64,000 nucleotides of DNA, from assembly GCF_009914755.1 (NCBI RefSeq), contig NC_060942.1, one strand, 5' to 3'. The position numbers and the translations under genes are program-made. This stretch comes from the human T2T-CHM13v2.0 reference genome, Homo sapiens. The notes under the pieces are model-generated. The model was given only the letters and a program-made list of their open reading frames with translations. It was not told where the DNA came from and made no database searches. Each line of letters opens with the position of its first letter. Position 1 is the stretch's first letter. Of this stretch, positions 42,040 to 58,012 are shown in pieces.

Positions 42040-43270
42040 TCATTTATTCGGAAGTGTCTTCAGTACCTACTGTGTGCCAGACCCTAAGTTGGGCAATGCA
42101 GATATAGGGAGGAACAAGACACACATGCTCCCTGCCCTCATGGAGCTCACATTCTACAGGAGAGACAGTTAAATAATTAAAATAGAGTATAATAAATGCT
42201 ATGACGGGAGAAGTATAGGGATTATAGGATTTATGAGATTAACCAGCAAAGCTCCTTTTCATATTGTAGGGAAGGATGGAGGGAGGGGGAGCTAGGAATG
42301 ATTCAGACTAAAGAGGGAAGAGACGTCCAGGCTGAGGTGAGAGGGCTGGCTGTGATATAGTCAGGTATTGGGTGGAGGTGAGAAGAAGGGGGAAAGCAGG
42401 TTCTGGAAAGAGGAAACAGTATGTGCAAAGGCAAGAGGTGAGAGGGCAGGCAGAGGAGACAGATGGGGATAGAGACGTGAGCAAGGACCAGGTCATGAAG
42501 GTCCCAGAAAGCTGGTTATTCTGAGGCTGCTGGAGAGGCTGCTGAAGGGATTTCAGCATTCAGTGCCATGATTAGATTTGAAAGATCACTTTAACTGCAA
42601 CAAGGAGAATAAGATGTAGGGAAGTAAGCAGAGAGACAGGAAGACCAGATAAGGAGACACCATCCTGTAGTCAAAGTGAGGGAGACTCTTCGGGCCTGCA
42701 CTAGGTTGCAAAAGCAGAGAGGGAGAGAAGACTTTGGAGGCAAAATCAATAGGTTTGGTTTCTAATTGGTTATAGGTGATTTGTGAAGGAGAGGAGTCAA
42801 GGACGCTCCTAGGTTACTGGCTTGAGCAATTGGTTAGATGGTGGAGCCATTTTCTGATCTAGGCTTGGAAGATAGGATAATAAATTTGGTTTGGACTAGT
42901 TTCATATGTCTGGGGTGGACGTGCTCACTAAGCAGAGGAAGGTCAAGGTGGGGATAGGAGCTGGAGACAGAACTTTGGAAGCCATTAGCCATAAGACTGA
43001 GTGAAATTACTCAGAGACTGGGAGAGAAGAGAGCTCCATGAAATAATATTTGAAGTCGGATAGAGAAAGAGGAGGCAGCAAAGGAATCTGAGAAAGAAGG
43101 AAAGGCCAGATGGGAGAAAATTGAGTCTAGGATGATGTCTGGGAAGCCAAAGTAGATTTCAAGAAGGTGGGAATGGTCTCACCGGGCCCAACGCTTTTCC
43201 ACGGTCAAGTAAGTGAAGCCCTGGACACAGTCCTCGAGTTTTGCAATGAGGTGCTCAGTGGGCACCTTGA
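42040..43270 (-). mobile_element. L2
   Basis: acctactgtgtgccagaccct...ccctgccctcatggagctcacattcta followed by a long L2 body. Confidence 0.8.
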
Positions 43271-43562
43271 CAGCAGGGCCAGGCTGTGAGGATAGAGGAG
43301 CTAGCCTGCTGTAGGCTGAGGGCGGGGAGGAGCTCTGCAGAGGCAAAGGAATATCTTGAACCCAAGTCTCCTCATTGAAATGCAGAGGATGGTGAAACTT
43401 TTTTTCCCTTTTTCAGGGTATTTCCATGTAGCTGTGGGAGGCACTGCCAATAAATATATCTGAAGGGTAGCATAAAGCTTGGTGAAGAAATTCAGAAAAA
43501 GGACAATGGAAAAATAGACTGAAGGTGACAAAGAGCTAAGACCATGAGTCACTCATTTTCAG

Positions 43563-43777
43563 ACACAATCTGTTGGAAGCACCGCGGCGTGCCATCCTGT
43601 TCCCCTTTGTAACCTGCAACAGGAACTGCTCCCCAGTGGGGCAACTGCCTTTTGCGGCCCTCCCTGCATGGAAGTGACTAAATAGCAGCATTCAGACTAT
43701 TCGTGAGGAGTGCGCAAAAGGGAAGACACTGATCCTTGGGGTTTCTGTGAAATCTTTTTCAATATAGACAAACGGAG
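43563..43777 (+). ncRNA. Candidate non-coding exon or first exon
   Basis: cattttcag| acceptor at 43562 and consensus donor GAG|gtaagt at 43778; AP-1 tgagtca 43546-52, ETS ggaagtg ~43671, GC box ~43320. Confidence 0.3.
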
Positions 43778-44954
43778 GTAAGTTGAGAATCGAAGCCATT
43801 GCATGGTGCACCTCTGGTCCCAGTTCTCCTGGTGCAGCGGGGTGGGGGGGTGGCGGGTTTATCAGCCTCCCTGCCAGCTCTTCCTGCCTCCCCTGCCTCT
43901 CTCCTCTCCAAGGCACTTTCTCTTCAGGCATTACACACACTCTCTAGTCCTTCCCTTCTACCTCCTCCTCCTGCCACAAAGATGTGCTGAGCGCTGCTGG
44001 GACACCCAGTGTGGTAGTGGTGATGCTGCTGATAGTCATTTACTACCAGGCATCTTCTGCCACTCTCTCTATTAATCCCAAATGTTGGTCTGTGTCTCAG
44101 ATGTAACTTCTGTACCCTGGGCCAATTTCTAATAAACATTTTCTCTGTGATTTTTGGTAGGAAATCTAAAATTCAGCCTTTCTCAAATTAGCCTCATGAT
44201 CTTCACTGTACAATCTATTTCTCCACAAGTATTTCTTTTTTGTGGTTAATAGCATCACCATATTCACCATATGCTCAGCTGCTATTACAAGGCCATGTGT
44301 AACCACTTCCTTTTCTTACCTCCAAATGGCAGCTCAATCCCTTTAGTTGCTTCTCTGCAGTATTCATGGAGCTGTGCTTCTGTGTCTATGACCATCGTTC
44401 TGCTCAAACCTTCACCTCCTTTTGCCCAGACCTCAGGGAAGCCTCTGACCACGTGCCTTATCTCTGATTCTGCTCCCACTCACTACAGCCTCCACAATGC
44501 TTTTAAAGTCATTTTTTCAACAACACAAATCTGATCATGTACCTCTGGGACAAGTTTATAGACATCCAATGATTTCTTACTGCCAACAGATTATAGTTGA
44601 TGCTCTAATTTAGCACTGCTCAAAAGGTCTTTAAAAATGAGTCTTACAGTAGCTTCATCATCCACCTGTGTGCCAAGCATAGTGCTACTTACTTGCTTTA
44701 TAAGGATTATCACATCGAATCCCAACAACATCTCTGTAAGGTGTATATTTTAATTTGTTGTTGATTTGAGAAAATTAAGGCACAAAGTCTACGTGATTTG
44801 GCTTAGGGTCACCCGGCCATAAGTAAGGCAGGAGTGAAATCCAAAGTTTATGCATTTCAAAATGTTTTCTCTTTTTTACTTTTATGTATCAAGAAGTATC
44901 ACTGAGCACATATTTGTGCCTTCTGTACAAAGGCAGAGGTGCTGCTGTTAGTCC

Positions 44955-45180
44955 TCAGGCAGTGGTTAAGATTCCTGCCTTGGAGTCACACTGCTCGGGT
45001 TTGACTCTTCCCACCCTCACTTTTGAGCCTCCTGACCTTGCGTAAATTTCTTAATCCCATTAGGCCTCTGGTTACTCACTGGTAAAACAAGGGCCTGTGG
45101 GATGCTGTGAGGATAAGTGAGGTTACAGATGCAAAGCCCTGAGGAAGGCATGCCTGGTAGGAGGCCAGAGCTCAATACAG
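44955..45180 (+). mobile_element. MIR
   Basis: gcagtggttaagattcctgccttggagtcacactgctcgggtttga...tgaccttgcgtaaatttcttaa. Confidence 0.75.
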
Positions 45181-46033
45181 TGAGGTCGCTCCCTGGGCGC
45201 TGTTTCCTGCTCCTTTCCAGTAAAGGCGTGGCTATACTAAGAGTTTAAAAGAAATCATTTATGTGGCTAGACATACTGACTTCTGTAGCAGAGAATAGAT
45301 AGGGAGCAGTGGCTCTCATTAGCTTTGGAGATGATAATAAAACTGGAAAAGATCAGAAAAGTGGAAAATGATCTTTGCATCTGAGTGCACTGATTCATGA
45401 TGTGGAAAGATAAAAGAAAGTCCTATTTTTTTTAATAGTCCTTAAAACGCAAATGGAAAAGTAAAAAATCTGCAGAAAGTGAGCCAGCTTTTCTTTCCTT
45501 TTGATAGAACGAAGAACATTCCAGTGGAAGGTGTAGAAATACATGGCTAATTTCCTGTGGACTAATTTAGCTTTCTATGAAATGAGAAAGTAAATAAATC
45601 AGGATCAAATAATTCAACATGCTACAAGCATTTACCAAGTACCCCGTTTTGATAAGCACCATGCTGGACATTGTGGGAAATATGTAAAAAGAAGGGGAGA
45701 GTTTAATAGTTTACAACAATTGAAGTTGCCTGGAAGAGGTATTTAAAGTAATTGTAACTGAAAACCTAGTCATATACCGTGATAATAAACTGTGTGCCTG
45801 TGTGGGGCTGTACCTTTCACACCTCACCTGTCTTCAGCCACGCGGGGAAGAGTACAATTATCCTGTATGTTCCAAGTGGGATCTGAAGTTTAAAACTTAG
45901 GTAATTTGCCCAAGTTCGTGCAGTGTTTCAGTGGTAGATTTATTATTTGAACCCAATGCAGTTCAGCTGCAACAAAATGCCTGTGCGAATACATAGCTAT
46001 TACGCTTTTTACAAGTCTGTCAGTCTCCTTTAA

Positions 46034-46348
<315 letters not shown>

Positions 46349-47678
46349 TGAGAGCATATCCATGCATGTTTTATATGGAGTTGATAATCACAACACAGGT
46401 GGTGGTCTCCTGGTTTTCCCTGTTTTACTGTCATCTCAAAAACAGTGACTAAGGAGCCCATCTTTTGCAGCTATCTTTGTACTACAATACAAATACAACA
46501 TTTACACTTACATAAATAGCTTTTCAGGGCAGAAAATACAGCAAGATGAATCTGTCATTTTTATTTCCTAATACATTCCAGGATATTGTTTTGCTAAATT
46601 ATAGTCACTAAAGCCCACAAAATATGCAAACTTCCTACTTTCCCCCCTCAAGGTACACTATCTGAAGGAAACCATTACATAAATAGTGCCTCTGCTAATT
46701 AATTACTGCTGGTCATACTCATTTTTCCAAACTAAGAAATGAAACCAAATAGTGTAATTTACATTTTTTTCTCCAACTCTAGTTAAAAGTAAAAAGACAG
46801 GGATAAATTCAGCTGCAGAATGCTGCTTACAATGCTTCCTTTTTTTTCTAATTACTCAAATCAATGAGTATTAAAAAAGACCCTCATATTCAGTTTGGTT
46901 TTTGGTTTCACACAACAGGGTGGTTAATTAAAACCACTGCACATTCTGGTATGCAGTTTATGACTGTGAAAAGGTCACACACTTGAAAATAAAGTTCACT
47001 ACGCCTCCTGCATTTAGCTAAATAATCACAGAGGGGGTTTAAAAATAATTTATAGCCCTCCCTTCCAAGAGGCTTTTCTTTTCCCTGTTTACTCATGACT
47101 TCCCATCAGCACCTCCTCTCAGCACCTCAGGGAGATCATACTGATAGGATCTCTCCAAATTCCTCAGTAAAGTTACAATTTTGCAGAGAGCATGAGAAAA
47201 CAAGCATCCTGGTTCTGGTAAAAACAAAACAAGACATCATCCTGGAAAAATGACATTCCAGAACTGGAACACATAGCTAAGCATCCATTGGATAGCTGCA
47301 GCACTGATCGCCCAGGTAAATGTCACAAAAATATCTACTTTAAAGACACTATCTTTTTGGTTAAGAAGAGTCACCTCTGCCTCTCCTTTGAGAGGTCTCT
47401 AAATTCAGACAGGGCATCCACTGGCCCCAAACCCCACAGACCTCACCGCATCGAATGAAAACCAAGGTTCATCTCATCTTTTCAAAACAAATCATAAACT
47501 TCAGACATGCCTACGCCTTTTCATGCTATCAGTGTCTGATTAATGCATTTGTGTGTGAATATATTTCAGTTTTTCTCCATTTCTAAAAACATTCACTCTG
47601 TTTAACTCTTCCAGACCTTTACTATGTGTAGTTTTGTATTGCTGATTAGTTTCAGGACTGCTGCTCTATATTCTAAAA

Positions 47679-48020
47679 CAGTGGTTCCCAATCTTTTTGG
47701 CACCAGGGACCAGATTCGTGGAAGACATTTTTTCCACAGACAGGGGCTTGGGCGAGGGGTGGTTTTGGGATAAAACTGTTGCATCGCAGGTCATTAGGCA
47801 TTAGAGTCCCATATGGAGTGTGCAACCTAGATCCCTCGCATGTGCAGTTCACAATAGGGTTCACGCTCCTATGAGAATCTAATGCCATCGCTGATCTGAC
47901 AGGAGGTGGAGCTCAGGCAGTAATGCTCACCAGCCTGCCGCTCACTTCCTGCTGCGCAGCCTGGTTCCTAAAAGGCCTTGGGCCAGTACCTGTCCATGGC
48001 CTGTAGGTTGGGGACCCCTG
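47679..48020 (+). mobile_element. MER1B hAT-Charlie element, full length
   Basis: cagtggttcccaatctttttggcaccagggacc...ggttggggacccctg; exact 8-bp TSD ttctaaaa. Confidence 0.93.
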
Positions 48021-49092
48021 TTCTAAAATTTTAGTGAATATTTTGCTTCTATCTATCTGATGGCTGTTAGGGTAAAAAATGTTGGTCATACATTATCACT
48101 TAAACTACGTCAGCTGCAGATGAACAAAAACTCAGTAAATTGGCAGATTCATCATGATACGACTGACTTCTCTCATGTGTCTTTTCCTCCCATTGATTCT
48201 TTCTACAATGAACATTCTTTTAGCCTTAGAAATATAAAAATAGGACATCATAACAAAGTATGGTTAGAACAAAAGACAAATTCTGGTGTCCTAGATTAGA
48301 AGAAAGGAAAAGGCTTGGTATATAGAATTTAAAGAAAATTAGGTGGGTGCCCCTTTGACCATTATTTCAAGTGGGGTTATTTTCCTTAGTTAAAATATTT
48401 TACAATATCATCACTGTGTTTTACAATGCCAGTGTCTTATCTCCAGGAGGTCAACTTGTATTTGTATTATTCAACATTTCCAATTTGTAATGACTTTAGC
48501 AAGAAGTAAGAGTTAATCTTTACCAACTTCCTGAGAAAGTGGTAGACAATAAGCTGTGGGAGACAGTCTGATGAACTTACGGTGAGCTAAAGACAGCAGG
48601 TGATTAAAAACATATGACTGTGGGTTTTAATCCCAGCCACTCCCTCAATCTGCTGAAGAGCTAAGGAAGAAGTCATGAACACCTATTCAATTTCAACATC
48701 TAAAATGTCACGTGAGGATCAGAATAACCACACTGAGTAACACTATCAACACCATGGGCTGTTTAGTGAGGACTTATAATAGTGACTGAGAGTATGATTA
48801 CAAACATAAGGGGTTGAATATTGAATATTAATTAACATTTACTTTAATATTGAATGTTTAATAACAGTCACATTCATAAGTTGAAAATATCTAAGTAGAG
48901 AGGTTAAATGGCTTACCAAAGGTCACATAACGAATTGGTTTCTAAGCTAAGATCAAATCTATAATTTATTGCCTTAATTTTCCTCATGTTATGTTAAATT
49001 TAACAACAATAAAACCTAGATTATTAATATTCTTGCAACCAGGAATCTTAATTAACTTGCACATCCACTCACCAGTAAAACAGCTGGTGTTT

Positions 49093-50880
49093 TGTTTGTT
49101 TGTTTGTTTTTTACTTTAAGTTCTGGGATACATGTGCAGAACGTGCAGGTTTTTACACAGGTATACATGTGCCATGGTGGTTTGCTGCACCTATCAATTC
49201 ATTATCTAGGTTTTAAGCCCCACATGCATTAGGTATTTGTCCTAATGCTCTCCCTCCCTTGACCCCACCCCCGCAACAGGTGCTACTGTATGATGTTCCC
49301 CTCCCTGTGTCCATGTGTTCTCATTGTTCAACTCCCACCTATGAGTGAGAACATGCCATGTTTGGTTTTCTGTTCCCGTGTTAGTTTGCTAAGAATAATG
49401 GCTTCCAGCTTCATGCATGGTCCCTGCAAAGGACATGAACTCACTCATGTTTATGGGTGCATAGTATTCCATGGTCCATATGTGCCACATTTTCTTTGTC
49501 CAGTCTATCATTGATGGACATTTGGGTTGGTTCTAAGTCTTTGCTACTGTAAATAGTGCTGCAATAAACATATGTGTGCATGTGTCTTTATGGTAGAATG
49601 ATTTATAATTCTTTGGGTGTAAACCCAGTAATGGGATTGCTGGGTCAAATGGTATTTCTGGTTCTTGATCCTTGAGGAATTGCCACACTGTCTTCCACAA
49701 CGGTTGAACTAATTCACGCTCCCACCAACAGTGTAAAAACATTCCTATTTCTCCACAGCCTCTTCAGCATCTGTTGTTTCCTGACTTTTTAATGATCACC
49801 ATTCTAACTGGCGTGAGATGGTATCTCACTGTGGTTTTTATTTGCATTTCTCTAATGACCAGTGATGATAAGCTTTTTTCATATGTTTGTTGTCCGCAGA
49901 AATGTCTTCTTTAGAGAAGTGTCTGTTCATATCCTTTGCCCACTTTTTGATGGGGTTGTTTGATTTTTTCTCATAAATTTGTTTAAGTTCCTTGTAAATT
50001 CTGGATATTAGACCTTTGTTAGATGGGTAGTTTGCAAAAATTTTCTCCCATTCTGTAGGTTGCCTACTCACTCTGATGATAATTTCTTGCATTGTGCAGA
50101 AGCTCTTTTGTTTGACTAGATCCCATTTGTCAATTTTGGCTTTTGTTGCAATTGCTGTTGATGTTTTAGTCATGAAGTCTTTGCCCATGTATATGTCGTG
50201 AATGGTATTGCCCAGGTTTTCTTCTAGGGTTTTTATGGTTTTGGGTTTTACGTTTAAGTCTTAATTAATCCATCTTGAGTTAATTTTTGTATAAGGTGTA
50301 AGGAAGGGGTCCAGTTTCTGTTTTTTGCATACAGTTAGCCAGTTTCCCAGCACCATTTATTAAATAGGGAATCCTTTCCCATTGTTGTTTTGTCAGGTTT
50401 GTTGAAGATCAAATGGTTGTAGATGTGTGGTGTTATTTCTGAGGTCTCTGCTCTGTTCCATCAGACCTTATATCTGTTTTGGTAACAGTACCATGCTGTT
50501 TCAGTTACTGTAGCCTTGCAGTATAGTTTGAAGTCAGGTAGCGTGATGCCTCCAGCTTAGTTCTTTCTGCTTAGGATTGTCTTGGATATATGGGCTCTTT
50601 TCTGGTTCCATATGAAATTTAAAGTAGTTTTATCTAATTCTGTGAAGAAAGTCAATGGTAGCTTAATGGGAATAGCATTGAATCCATAAATTACTTTGGG
50701 CAGTATGGCCATTTTCATGATATTGATTCTTCCTATCCATAAGCATGGAATGTTTTTCCATTTGTTTGTGTCCTCTCTTATTTCCTTGAGCAGTGGTTTG
50801 TAGTTCTTCTTGAAGAGGTCCTTCACAACTTGTATTCCCAGGTATTTTATTCTCATTGTAGCAATTGTGAATGGGAGTTC
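49093..50880 (-). mobile_element. L1PA8-like, 5'-truncated (~1.8 kb)
   Basis: 3'UTR tctaggttttaagccccacatgcattagg; frameshifted ORF2 C-terminal ORFs (49533-50916); TSD acagctRgtgttt (49080-92 / 50881-93). Confidence 0.93.
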
Positions 50881-51409
50881 ACAGCTAGTGTTTATACTAA
50901 TGAGACTTAACAGCATTGTGATACTGGAGTCACCACTGAATTAAGTTATAGAAGAAAGAAAAGAATTAATTCGGTTCCCCACAAGATTATCAGTTTTCAG
51001 ATAATAAGACCAGAGTAAAATAGACTCAATATTAAAATAATACTCCATACCTTTTAAACTGGATAATTTTAAACTGCTGTGACTTATTTTGCTTTCTCTG
51101 AATGTTAAACAGAATTTGTAAAGAAACCTAAAAAGTGAAAGTTTAAATCACCGAAACCATGACTACTTCTCACCCACTGTTCTTTAACACTAAACAAATA
51201 TGAGGATTGAATTACTGTAATTTCTATCAGCAAATAAAAGAACAGCCAACAGAACTAAAATTAAAGCAAAAGTAGAATTAAGTGAAGGCATTAGAGGGTT
51301 CTTGCTGGCCACACAGGAGACACAGTCACCTACAATCGCAGAGGGCCCTGACCCTGTCTGCCCAGGAGTATGCTTAAATACACTATTATAAAGTAATTAA
51401 GATATTTCA

Positions 51410-51930
51410 GTTCAAGGGGAAAATTAGAATAAAGAACTTTCAATAGGTAAAATGACAATTATTTGTAGGTGACATGTTTATTTACCTAGAAACCCAAAAT
51501 AATTACATGAAAAAAATTACAAATTAGAAGAGATTACAGTGGCAGGATTAAATGTAATACACAGAAATATACAATCTTTCCATACAGACAATCTTAGGTG
51601 GAGGACATCAAGGAAGAAATACGTCCATTTATTGCAGCAACAAAAACGATAAACTGCTTAGGAATAAACTTCGTAAGAAGGACGCAAGTTCTACATAAAG
51701 GAAAACTTAAAATGCAATTACAGGACAGGAAATATTTGAGTATGGGAACAGCTTACTATGGTCAAGTTCACAAAGGGTAAAATTAAAAGTTAAATCATAA
51801 ATTTATTGCAATCCAAAAATTAACCAACTGGAATGGAAAAAAGTTGTACCAGAAAAACTGATATTAAAGTTCATTTGGAAAAATGAACGAGTAAGGGTAG
51901 CTGAGGAAATGCCGAAAAGGATTAGAATAG
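51410..51930 (+). mobile_element. Old L1M ORF2 (RT region) fragment
   Basis: ttatttgtaggtgacatgtttatttacctagaaaccc (LFxDDM-like); ORF track gives PFIAATKTINCLGINF. Confidence 0.7.
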
Positions 51931-52546
51931 GATAGATTCACACACAGAATCTATCCTGTAGATTCTCACAAGCATGAGTGATGAGTACAGAAGACACTTT
52001 TTATTTTCCAGTCAAGCTGACACCTACAGAAGACACTTTGAAGCCTCCTTTACACAGCAACATGAAAACCATCCAGATGGCCATGGGCAGGGACTGGTCA
52101 CTTATAGTGTGCCGCTCCATGTGTTAAGAACTGCTCGTCAGATTTTATTGCTAAAGGACACGAGGAAACTGTTTAACAATGTATGTGGTATGCCATCACT
52201 TGTGTAAATACACATACACACATATATTTAAATAAACAGAACATATTTTTAGAAAGACACACAAGAGAAGTATACAGTGATTATTCCAAGGGAGGAAACT
52301 GAAGGCTGAGGATCAGGTTCAGGGAGAGATACCCCCTTATACCTGTTGAATTTTGCACCAAATGCACAAATCAATAATATGCTTTTAAGCCTTCTCAAAA
52401 TTCTGGGTGATAGAACAAATAGCTAGCAAAAATCCTAGTCTGGGAGAATTAGACTGTGAAATGAAAGAAAGCAGGAACACAAACATATATACATCTTCTG
52501 ACTTTATCATCAGGTATTAATTTGCATTGCTTTACTAAACAAGTGA

Positions 52547-52789
<243 letters not shown>

Positions 52790-53549
52790 TAATGCTATCT
52801 CCATTTCTCTCTACTCCCTATTTCGTTAATTTTCTAAGATTTTTCTGGCTTGAAGTTTCATTGCATTAAAAACGTCTTACGATAATGAAGTAAAACATTT
52901 TAAAACAGGCACACTAATATGAAACATACTGAAACTGCACTGTAGGATATAAACAACCAGGCAGCCAAATTACACCCAGAGGTTTTTCCCTTTATAAATA
53001 CAATAAGTTTATTGTTATGAAATACTCAATGAACGAACAAACAAATTAATTCTACAATTTCATCTTTCCCTTTACCAAGCTGGTCCATGTTTCCATTTTA
53101 TAGTTGCTCTCTGGCTGGACTGCTCCATAAAACACTTAATACATCCAATTATTAATTATAGGAAGCTGGGGTTTGTGATCATGGAGAAAAGCCACACGTG
53201 ATCCAAGTTCTAAACCCAGCTCTTGTCCTGATTTATGCTCCTCTCCCTCCTCCCCCGTGGGAGTAGAATGATCATTGAGCATTATTTTAGTTTCTGTTTC
53301 AAAGGGGATTTTGTGAGCTGATATATCTTCTGCTAATAAGCACAGCAGAATGGTGAACAGTGTTCTTGTGTTCCTGGGCATTTGGGTTATAGGTTTTCTG
53401 GTTGCAGAGAAGATAAATGCCTTCCTTCACCTTATTGTAGATAGCAAGAGAATGTATATGAGGTGCTACTTCTTTGTGGCCGTCTAACTTCTGAACATTT
53501 ATAAGTTGCGAGGTGGGACCATTCTTTGCCTCTTGAGAAATTCAGGGAC

Positions 53550-53880
53550 CATCAGCATCTCATTTTTTTAAGTATTTACTTAGTTCACACATCTGTTTGT
53601 CAGGAATTTAGGCTCAGGTGGGCCGGTCAGTTCTGATTTCAGCAGGGCTCATTCACATGTTTGTTGGACAGTTGTTGGCTGAGCAGAGAGGACATGGCCT
53701 TGGCTGGGATGACCAGGGCAGCTGACTCAGCTTCACAGGTCTCATCCTCCAGCAGGTCAGCCCCAGCACGGCTTCATGGGGAATGGCAGAGGAACAAGAG
53801 ATGAAGGGCAAATGGAAAGTGCTGTCTCACACCTCTGTGTGCCTATCTGCAGTCATCTGGTGACTAAAGGCAAATCAGAT
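53550..53880 (-). mobile_element. MLT1H/G-like MaLR LTR fragment
   Basis: ggccttggctgggatgaccaggg...tctcatcctccagcaggtcagccc...atggcagaggaacaagag. Confidence 0.65.
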
Positions 53881-53886
53881 TCATGG

Positions 53887-54349
<463 letters not shown>

Positions 54350-54455
54350 TTAAATTAAAAAAAAAAAAAAAGAACTAACAACAAGTTACGTGCAAAAAAG
54401 CTTATGATGTGCTGTTTTATATCACTGAATGGAATCTGCGTTTTCATGAAATATG

Positions 54456-54457
<2 letters not shown>

Positions 54458-54488
<31 letters not shown>
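54458..54488. repeat. (AC)15 microsatellite
   Basis: Perfect AC run. Confidence 0.97.
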
Positions 54489-54491
<3 letters not shown>

Positions 54492-55607
54492 TGCATCAAA
54501 ATAATACAGGTCGAGGGGGGCAGAACTGACCACGGGTTGTGATTGTGGGGGCTGGTAATCAGCACATGGGGTCCTTTGTACTGTACTGTTGAATTGTTTT
54601 TTATCCTGTTTTTTTTTTATTGTGGTAAAATACACACAATATTTACCGTCTTAACCATTTTAAGTATATAGTTCAGTGGTATTAAATACATCCCTAATGT
54701 TATGCAACCATCACTGCCATCCATCTCTAGAACTCTTCAACATGTTAAACTCAAACTCTGACCCAGTAAACAATTCTCCATTCTCCCCTCCTCCCAGCCC
54801 TGGCAAGCCCCACTCTACTTTCTGTCTCTATGATTTTGACTATTATAAGTACCTCATATGAGTGGAATCATAAAGTATTTGTCTTTTTGTTACTGGCTTA
54901 TTTCATCTCACAGTTCATCCGTTTTGTAGCATATGTGCAAATTGCCTTCCTTTGTTAGGCTGAATAATATTCCGTTGTATGTATATGCCTCATTTTGACT
55001 TAATTTGTGACCTAACCTATGTTTTGTCCTGGAGAATGTTTCTTGTGCACTTAAGAAGACTGTATGCCGCTGTTGGGTAGTGTCCTGTATGTATCGGTTA
55101 GATAGCTGCTTCATTGTGTTAAGTCCTCTATTTCCTTATGTATGTGTGATTTTTCCATCCATTATTACCATATAACTGTCTACTTCTCCCTTCCATTCTT
55201 TCAGTTTTTGTTTTATATGTTTTGATGGTCTGTTATTAGGTGCACAAATGTTTATAATTGTTATATCCTTTTGTGGTATTAAATATTTTATTAATATATA
55301 ATGTCTTTGCCTATTGTAACATTTTATGATCTATTTTCTTCTGGTATTAGCATAGCTACCTCTGCTCTCTTTTGGTAACTATTTGCATGAAATGCCTTTT
55401 CCATCTTTTTATTTTTAATCTCTTGTGTCTTTGGATCTAAAGTGAGTCTTTTGAAGACAGCATATAGTTGGATCTCGTTTTTCTTTTAAACCTATTCTGC
55501 CAACCTCTGTCTTTTGATTGGAGAGTTTAATCTGTTTACATCTAAAATAATTAGTGATAGAGACTTACGTCATCTTGCTACTAGTTTTTCATGTGCCTTA
55601 CAATTGC

Positions 55608-55685
55608 ATTACAATTATATTACATGTAATTACGATTACATTACTTGTAATTACGATTACATTTCTTGTAATTACAATTACATTA
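55608..55685. repeat. 21-bp minisatellite, ~3.7 copies
   Basis: attacaattatattacatgta / attacgattacattacttgta / attacgattacatttcttgta / attacaattacatta. Confidence 0.92.
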
Positions 55686-56219
55686 GTTTTGTTTTCCTAC
55701 TTCCTATATTACTCTCATTAACGTTTAGTTGAGTTTTTGTAATGAAATGTTGCAAAAAATCCTTTTCCACTTTCTTTTGTGTATATTCTATAGCTGTTTT
55801 CTTTGTGGTTGCTATAGGATTACTAAAGTTACAGCACTTTAAATTTATATCAGCTTAAGTCCGATGACACACAAAAACTCTGCTCTCACCCTTTTTGGTT
55901 GTTGATGTTCCAAAATTATATCTTTATACACTGTATGCCCCAAACCATAAACTAATTATTTTAAATGCATAGTCTGTTAAGTTGTGAAAAAATATGGAGT
56001 TACAAACCATTGTTATACTAAGACTACCTATTATAGTTGTTTAAGGTATTTACCTTTATTGAGATCTTTATTTCTTCACATGGCTTTGAATCACTCTCTA
56101 GTGTCTTTTCATTTCAATGTGCAGGACTTCTTTGAGCATTTCTTGCAGGGCACGTCTGGTGGTTATGAACTCCCTCAGTTTTGTTTATAAGGGAATGTCT
56201 TAATTTCTCCCTCGCTTTT

Positions 56220-58012
<1,793 letters not shown>

